Shown piece by piece: positions 57,490 through 64,000 of a DNA stretch of 64,000 bases. The first letter of the stretch is position 1. The number at the start of each line of letters is the position of its first letter. A model generated the notes under the pieces. That model was given only the letters and a program-made list of their open reading frames with translations. It was not told where the DNA came from and ran no database searches. Where the stretch lies: positions 1-64,000 of the forward strand of contig JAXLNO010005446.1 in assembly GCA_038087875.1 (NCBI GenBank). Direction: 5' to 3'. This DNA is from Malacoraja senta (Eukaryota). The position numbers were made by a program, and so were the translations under genes.

Positions 57490-57625
57490 AGTTACGTGGG
57501 AGGGAAGCTGGGAGATCCGGAGAAAACCCAAGGCAGGTCACGGGGAGCACTTGCAAACTGGCACCCGAGGCCGGGATGGGACCCGGGTCTCCGGCGCAGT
57601 GAGGCAGCGACTCTACCGCCGCGCC
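57490..57625 (-). mobile_element. Degenerate V-SINE
   Basis: Reverse complement of the tRNA-like head and V-domain. Confidence 0.7.
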
Positions 57626-57740
57626 GCCCGATGTCCTCCGGAGATGCGGCCTGGCCCGCCGAGTTACTCCAGCACTTTGTATCTTTGCGTTTGGTAAAGG
57701 AAAGCCTGCAGTTCCGCGTGCCCGCTGGCTCCCCACCTAC

Positions 57741-57880
57741 CTCCAGCCGGTGATGAAGACAGCCAGTCCGCTGTGCGACTGGAAAGCGGCCATGTCCAGG
57801 TTGGTGATGAGGTCGACCACTCGGACAGCCCTGGTCACAAAGGTGATCTGGTCCTGCTCATCTCCGAGATACTTGATTAC
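57741..57880 (-). CDS. HUWE1: HUWE1 exon with apparent 1-nt deletion
   Basis: ctcttttccaAG| [43 protein letters not shown]-ac-CGG CTG GAG |GTAGGT; 140 nt between phase-0 junctions, where 141 is needed. Confidence 0.9.
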
Positions 57881-57954
57881 CTTGGAAAAGAGGAGAGAAA
57901 GCCAGTAGGACGAGCTCGGCACTGAATAGAAGCATAGACAATAGGTGCAATAGG

Positions 57955-58480
57955 TCCAGGTGCGACAGAGGTTCACCTGCACCTCCTCCAACCTCATCTA
58001 TTGCATCCGCTGCTCCAGTGTCAGCTGATCTACATCGATGAGACCAAGCGCAGGCTCGGCGATCGCTTCGCCCAACACCCCCGCTCGGTCCGCATTAACC
58101 AACCTGATCTCCTGGTGGCTCAGCACTTCAACTCCCCCTCCCATTCCCAATCCGACCTTTCTGTCCTGGGCCTCCTCCATTGCCAGAGTGAACACCACTG
58201 GAAATTGGAGGAGCAGCACCTCATATTTCGCTTGGGCAGTCTGCACCCCAGCGGCATAAACATTGACATCTCCAATTTCCGGTAGCCCTTGCCGTCTCCT
58301 CCCCTTCTCAGCTCTCCCTCAACCCTCTGGCTCCTCCTCTTCCTTTCTTCTTCCTGCCCCCCCCCCCCCCCCCCACCCTGCATCAGTCTGAAGAAGGGTT
58401 TCGGCCCGATACGTTGCCTATCTCCTTCGCTCCATAGATGCTGCCTCACTCGCTGAGTTTCTCCAGCAATTTTGTCTACA
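57955..58480 (+). mobile_element. Penelope-like element, GIY-YIG region and terminal module
   Basis: ORF 58001-58285 IYIDETKRRLGDRFAQHPRSVR...KLEEQHLIFRLGSLHPSGINIDISNFR. Confidence 0.88.
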
Positions 58481-58679
58481 ATAGGTGCAGTCGGAGGCCA
58501 TTTGGACCTCCGAGCCAGCACCGCCATTCAATATGATTTAAGGGCCTGTCCCACTTACGTGTCCTTGGCACGCAAATTACGCGACCTCGTGGTCGCGTTG
58601 AGGCACACGGGCATCGTGTGGCCGGTCCCACTGAGAAGCGCGGTGGGGTATGTAGTTGTGCGCTGTATGACTCTACGAG

Positions 58680-59220
58680 TGTAGACAATAGACAATAGGT
58701 GGAGTAGGCCATTCGGCCCTTCGAGCCAGCACCGCCATTCAATATGATCATGGCTGATCATCCCAATCAGTACCCCGTTCCTGCCTTCTCCCCATATCCC
58801 CTGACTCCGCTATCTTTAAGAGCCCTATCTAGCTCTCTCTTGAAAGCATCCAGAGAACCGGCCTCCACCGCCCTCTGAGGCAGAGAATTCCACAGACTCA
58901 CAACTCTCTGTGTGAAAAAGTGTTTCCTCATCTCCGTTCTCAATGGCTTACCCCTTATTCTTAAACTGTGGCCCCTGGTTCTGGACTCCCCCAACATCGG
59001 GAACATGTTTCCTGCCTCTAGCGTGTCCAAACCCTGAACAATCTTATATGTTTCAATGAGATATCCTCTCTAAACTCCAGAGTGTACAAGCCCAGCCGCT
59101 CCATTCTCAGGTAGTTGAGGCTGGGACTCAGGAAGTTGAAGCATCCAGAGAACCAGCCTCCACCGCCCTCTGAGGCAGAGAATTCCACAGACTCACCACT
59201 CTCTGAGAGAAAAAAAGTGT
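58680..59220 (-). mobile_element. CR1 3' fragments
   Basis: ORF 58767-59030(-). Confidence 0.88.
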
Positions 59221-59244
59221 TTTGTGGGAAAGTGGGAGAAATAC

Positions 59245-59372
59245 CTTGAGCAAAGCTTCCATCATTCCGCAGGAGACCAAGGCTTCTCCGCCCGCGTCGT
59301 AGCTGGCCAGGTGGTAGAGGAAGGAGAAGAGTGCCGTGGCAAACTGGTGAGGGTACGGCTCCATGGATGGAT
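59245..59372 (-). CDS. HUWE1: HUWE1 exon
   Basis: gtttatctcAG| [43 protein letters not shown] |GTATTT; 128 nt. Confidence 0.95.
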
Positions 59373-59514
59373 CTGAGATAAACACGAGACGCAGACGATT
59401 AGCATCGAGAAAGCCCAGCGACTAACACACTGCCGCTAATTGCTCTTTGTTGGGCGATCGATAAGCGATAGGAGCAGAATTAGGCCGTTCGGCCCATCAA
59501 GTCAATAGACAATT

Positions 59515-60265
59515 GATATGATATTTGACTCAGCATTGAAATATGACAAACTAGTCAATGCCATGGCAAAAGCTAGCTTCTTCCAGCTTCGGACGATAGC
59601 TAAAAGAAAACAATTCCTCCAGTTTGATGACCTCGAAAAGATCATCCACACATTTATCTCCTCCCGCCTAGATTACTGCAACTCCCTCTACACTGGCATC
59701 AGACAATCTTCCCTGTCCCGCCTGCAACTGGTCCAAAACGCCGCAGCGAGACTCCTGACGGGCACCCGAAAAAGGGACCACATCACCCCGATCCTGGCCT
59801 CTCTCCACTGGCTCCCTGTGCGGTTCCGAATAAATTTCAAGATCCTACTTTATGTCTACAAAGCCCTTAACGGGCTTGCCCCCACCTACATCAAAAGTCT
59901 GCTTACCCACCACTCCACCTCCAGGTCCCTCAGATCGGCCGACTTGGGGTTACTGAACATCCCGCGGTCTAGGCATAAGCTCAGGGGCGACCCCGCCTTT
60001 GCGGTTGCAGCTCCTAGACTGTGGAACAGCATCCACTTCCTATCAGAACTGCCCCCTCCATCGACTCCTTTAAGTCGAGGCTTAAAACTCATCTTTACTC
60101 TCAAGCCTTTCTTGACATCCTCTGAGGGAGGGCTATATGTATGTAGTGATGTATGTATTTAATCTATGAACCACTGTTGTATAACGTTAGTACCTCCACC
60201 AATGTAAAGCACTTTGGCCAACGAGATTTGTTTTTTAAATGTGCTATAGAAATAAAAGTGACTTG
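59515..60265 (+). mobile_element. L2-clade LINE 3' fragment
   Basis: ORF 59518-60162 SSRLDYCNSLYTG...HWLPVRFRINFKILL...FAVAAPRLWNS; sister copy at 7560-8480. Confidence 0.9.
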
Positions 60266-60599
60266 ACAATAGACAATAGGAGCAGAATTAGGCCATTCAG
60301 CCCATCAAGTCTATTCCGCCATGGCTATATCATCATGGCTAATCTATCTTTCCCTCTAAACCCCATTCTCCCGCCTTCTCCCGACATCCGTACTAATCAA
60401 CCTGATCTCCCAGTGGCTCAGCACTTCAACTCCCCCTCCCATTCCGAATCCGACATTTCTGTCCTGGGCCTCCTCCATGGCCAGAGTGAGGACCACCGTA
60501 AATTTGAGGAACGCCACCTCATATTCCGTAGAGACCGCTCCCTCCATAACTCCCTGGTCAATTCGTCCCTTCCCACCCAAACCACCCCCTCTCCCCCTA

Positions 60600-61860
60600 C
60601 CCCGTTCCTGCCTTCACCCCATATCCCTTGACTCTGCTATGTTTAAGAGCCCTATCCAGCTCTCTCTTGAAAGTATCCAGAGAACTGGCCTCCACCGCCC
60701 TCTGAGGCAGAGAATCCCACAGACTCACCACTCTCTGTGAGGAAAAGTGTTTCCTCGTCTCCGTTCTAAATGGCCGACCCCTTATTCTTAAACTGTGTGT
60801 GGCCCCTGGTTCTGGACTCCCCCAACATCGGGAACATGTTTCCTGCCTCTAGTGTGTCCAAACCCTTAATAATCTTATATGTTTCAATGAGATCCCCTCT
60901 AATCATTCTAAACTCCAGAGTATACAAACCCAGCCGCTCCATTCTCTCAGCATATGACAGTCCTGCCATCCTTTGACCTGAGCAGTAGAGTCCCCTCGAC
61001 CCGAGTAGTAGCAGTCAAATACGGGACAAGGGCGGACCCGTACGGGACAAACCAATTTAGCCCAATGTACGGGTAGCCCCGGCTAATACGGGACAGTTGG
61101 CGACCTCTGGACTTGTACACTCTGGAGTTTAGAAGGGTGAGAGGATATCTTTGAAACATGTTAAGGGCTTGGACACGCTAGAGGCAGGAAACATGTTCCC
61201 GATGTTGGGGGAGTCCAGAACCAGGGGCCACACACACTTTAAGAATAAGGGGTCGGCCATTTAGAACGGAGACGAGGAAACACTTTCACTTCCTCTATTT
61301 TCTCAATTTCAACCTTTTTTTAATAGCTTTCAAAAATGAAGGGGTACATTAAATGTAATAAGATATACGTGGTGTGTATTAATGTAATTGATTGTAATTT
61401 ACTTCTAATAAATAATTTTTTTTTTAAAAAGAGAAAAAAAGAATGTCGGCCATTTAGAACGGAGACGAGGAAACACTTTTTCTCACAGAGAGTTGTGAGT
61501 CTGTGGAATTCTCTGCCTCAGAGGGCGGTGGAGGCAGGTTCTCTGGATGCTTTCAAGAGAGAGCTAGATTGGGCTCTTAAGGATAGCGGAGTCAGGTGAT
61601 ATGGGGAGAAGGCAGGAACTGGGTACTGATTGGGGATGATCAGCCATGATCACATTGAATGGCGGTGCTGGCTCGAAGGGCCGAATCGCCTACTCCTGCA
61701 CCTATTGTCTATTGGCTATCAGCCATGATCATATTGGATGGCGGTGCTGGCTCGAAGGGCAGAATGGCCTACTCCTGCACCTATTGTCTATTGTCTATCA
61801 GCCATGATCACATTGAATGGCGGTGCTGGCTCGAAGGGCCGAATGGCCTACTCCTGCACC
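60600..61860. mobile_element. CR1 fragments in both orientations
   Basis: ORFs 60766-60969(-) and 61336-61599(+); repeated 3' UTR ends. Confidence 0.82.
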
Positions 61861-62122
61861 TATTGTCTATTGTCTATGTCCCACTTAGGCTATTTTTTAA
61901 GCGACTACAGGCGACTAGGCTGTCGCCACATGGTCGCCGGGGTGTCGCCTGTATGGCCGTGAGTCGTCACCTAAAGAGTCGTAGCGTCTTTCTGGTCGCC
62001 GCTGGAGTTTAAAATTTTTTATAGCTTTTCGGCGGCAGTGGGCTTGACGCCAACGAGCGTAGCACGCGTGGCAATGATCATCTAAACTAACGGGCACTCC
62101 CGCCCGCCCGCGGCACACTCAC

Positions 62123-62273
62123 CGATCATGGCCTGGATGCAGTTTCGCACCAAGACAGGCAGGAAACCGTGGTAGGATGCCGTCCCGGTGCAGTCTATGA
62201 TGCTGCTCAGCTTGGGGGTCCGCTCCAGGTGAACGATCGACGTCAACGTCCGCAACGATGCGGCTTTAATGTC
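62123..62273 (-). CDS. HUWE1: HUWE1 exon
   Basis: ttctgtttgaaAG| [50 protein letters not shown] |GTGAGT; 151 nt. Confidence 0.95.
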
Positions 62274-62312
62274 CTTTCAAACAGAAACACAGAGCCGGTG
62301 AAGCAAAGGGAT

Positions 62313-63260
62313 TTGGCCTTCATAACAAGATGAGTTGAGTACAGGAGCAAAGAGGTCCTTCTGCAGTTGTACAGGGCCCTGGTGAGACCACACCTGGAGT
62401 ATTGTGTGCAGTTTTGGCCTGTTGGCCTTCATAACAAGATGAGTTGAGTACAGGAGCAAAGAGGTCCTTCTGCAGTTGTACAGTGCCCTGGTGAGACCAC
62501 ACCTGGAGTATTGTGTGCAGTTTTGGCCTGTTGGCCTTCATAACAAGAGGACTTGAGTATAGGAGCAAAGAGGCCCTTCTGCAGTTGTACAGGGCACTGG
62601 TGAGACCACACCTGGAGTATTGTGTGCAGTTTTAGCCTGTTGGCCTTCATAACAAGAGGAGTTGAGTAGAGGAGCAAAGAGGTCCTTCTGCAGTTGTACA
62701 GGGCCCTAGTGAGACCACACCTGGAGTATTGTGTGCAGTTTTGGTCCCCAAATTTGAGGAAGGACATTCTTGCTATTGAGGGAGTGCAGCGTAGGTTCAC
62801 CAGGTTAATTCCCAGGATGGCGGGACTGTCATATGTTGAAAGAATAGAGCGGCTGGGCTTGTATACTCTGGAGTTTAGAAGGATGAGAGGGAATCTTATA
62901 GAAACATATAAGATTATAAAGGGTTTGGACACGCTAGAGGCAGGAAGCATGTTCCCGATGTTGGGGGAGTCCTGAACCAGGGGCCACAGTTTAAGAATAA
63001 GGGGTAAGCCGTTTAGAACGGAGACGAGGAAACACTTTTTCTCACAGAGAGGGGTGAGTCTGTGGAATTCTCTGCCTCAGAAGGCGGTGGAGGCCGGTTC
63101 TCTGGATGCTTTCAAGAGAGAGTTAGATAGGGCTCTTAAAGATAGCAGAGTCAGGGGATATGGGGAGAAGGCAGGAACGGGGTACTGATTGGGGATGATC
63201 AGCCATGATCACATTGAATGGCCGAATGGCCTACTCCTGCACCTATTGGCTATTAACAGA
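62313..63260 (+). mobile_element. CR1 copy beginning with four tandem 109-nt units
   Basis: ttggccttcataacaag... starts at 62313, 62422, 62531 and 62640; the last unit runs into an intact RT 3' end (ORF 62694-62975). Confidence 0.9.
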
Positions 63261-63407
63261 TTGTTGATTAGTGTGGGTGTGAGGCGTTATGGGGAGAAGG
63301 CAGGAAAATGAGGATGAGAGGGAAAGATTAATCAGCCATGATTGAACGGCGGAGTGGACTCGATGGTCCGAATAGCCAAATTCTGCTCCTGTCACCTCTG
63401 GACTCAC

Positions 63408-63508
63408 CATGAGCTGCTTGTCGGGAATCTGTAGGACGTCCACAAGCTCCTCGATCAATCCGTTGTACAGGATGCTGTTGGCAGATTCCTGGAGTGCGTT
63501 GGAGTAGA
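63408..63508 (-). CDS. HUWE1: HUWE1 exon (most 5' in the window)
   Basis: ttctctccccccAG| [34 protein letters not shown] |GTGAGT; 101 nt. Confidence 0.95.
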
Positions 63509-64000
63509 CTGGGGGGAGAGAAGTCGGCGCGCGTGGTCATTGCGAGGATCGGCAGGCCGGGGATTGGCACGGAGCGGCGGAAGGGCCTGGGATCGCCCGG
63601 ACCGGGAGCAGCAGCGCCGGCCCAGTGCTGCCACCAGGGCAGAATCGACCGGGTGGTCACGGTGCCCCCCCCCCCCCCCCGGGCTTTGTGAGGTGGGGGA
63701 CAATCGCCCCCCCCCCCCCCATGTTTTGTAATCCGGACTTTAACAGACGCTTTCTAAGGGCTGAATCGGCCCGTTCGCGGGGCCTTTCATCTCCCGGCGC
63801 GGCTTAAAATCAAACCGCTGCATCGAGGCGATCGAGGCTCCCGATGTTGAAGCCCCCGCCGGCCGATGAAAGGCCCCCCGTGAATGGGCCGATTCAAGCC
63901 CCACGATTCAGGGCGGACGAAGCTGCTGTGGCTGGAGTTCGGAGTCGTTCACCAACCAGGTCAGCTCCCGATGTTACCGTCCACAGGGCCCACGGCCGAA

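Noticed and set aside
58388-58415. Hammerhead core in this Penelope terminus
   Set aside because: The GAAA core is mutated to GATA, so this copy is predicted inactive.
62313-62748. CRISPR-like array
   Set aside because: Units are contiguous LINE-derived repeats with no unique spacers, in a eukaryotic genome.

Overview
Repeat-dense vertebrate genomic DNA. The repeat repertoire (HE1-type V-SINEs, CR1/HER1-like LINEs, Penelope elements) points to an elasmobranch, probably a skate or ray (inference). I assembled exons by hand from splice signals and phase. Left of a 200-N assembly gap (49822-50021) are three spliced MHC genes. Each has class II-type architecture (leader, one membrane-distal domain, one Ig-C1 domain, glycine-patterned TM helix, tail) but class I or beta2-microglobulin-type sequence motifs, which is the signature of W-category MHC. 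They are a beta-chain gene WB-1 (+, 1563 to about 10.2-12.5 kb), a complete alpha-chain gene WA (-, 28674-20298, 266 aa) and a second beta-chain gene WB-2 (+, 31106-45557, about 310 aa) lying head-to-head with WA. Right of the gap are eight consecutive minus-strand exons of the N-terminal armadillo-like region of HUWE1. One carries an apparent 1-nt deletion, and the exon chain stops at the gap. The rest is mostly CR1, L2, Rex1/Babar, L1/Tx1, Penelope (with hammerhead-ribozyme-like cores), SINEs, MITEs, a 2.8-kb purine tract and a minisatellite. Repeat boundaries are approximate; exon boundaries were counted base by base.
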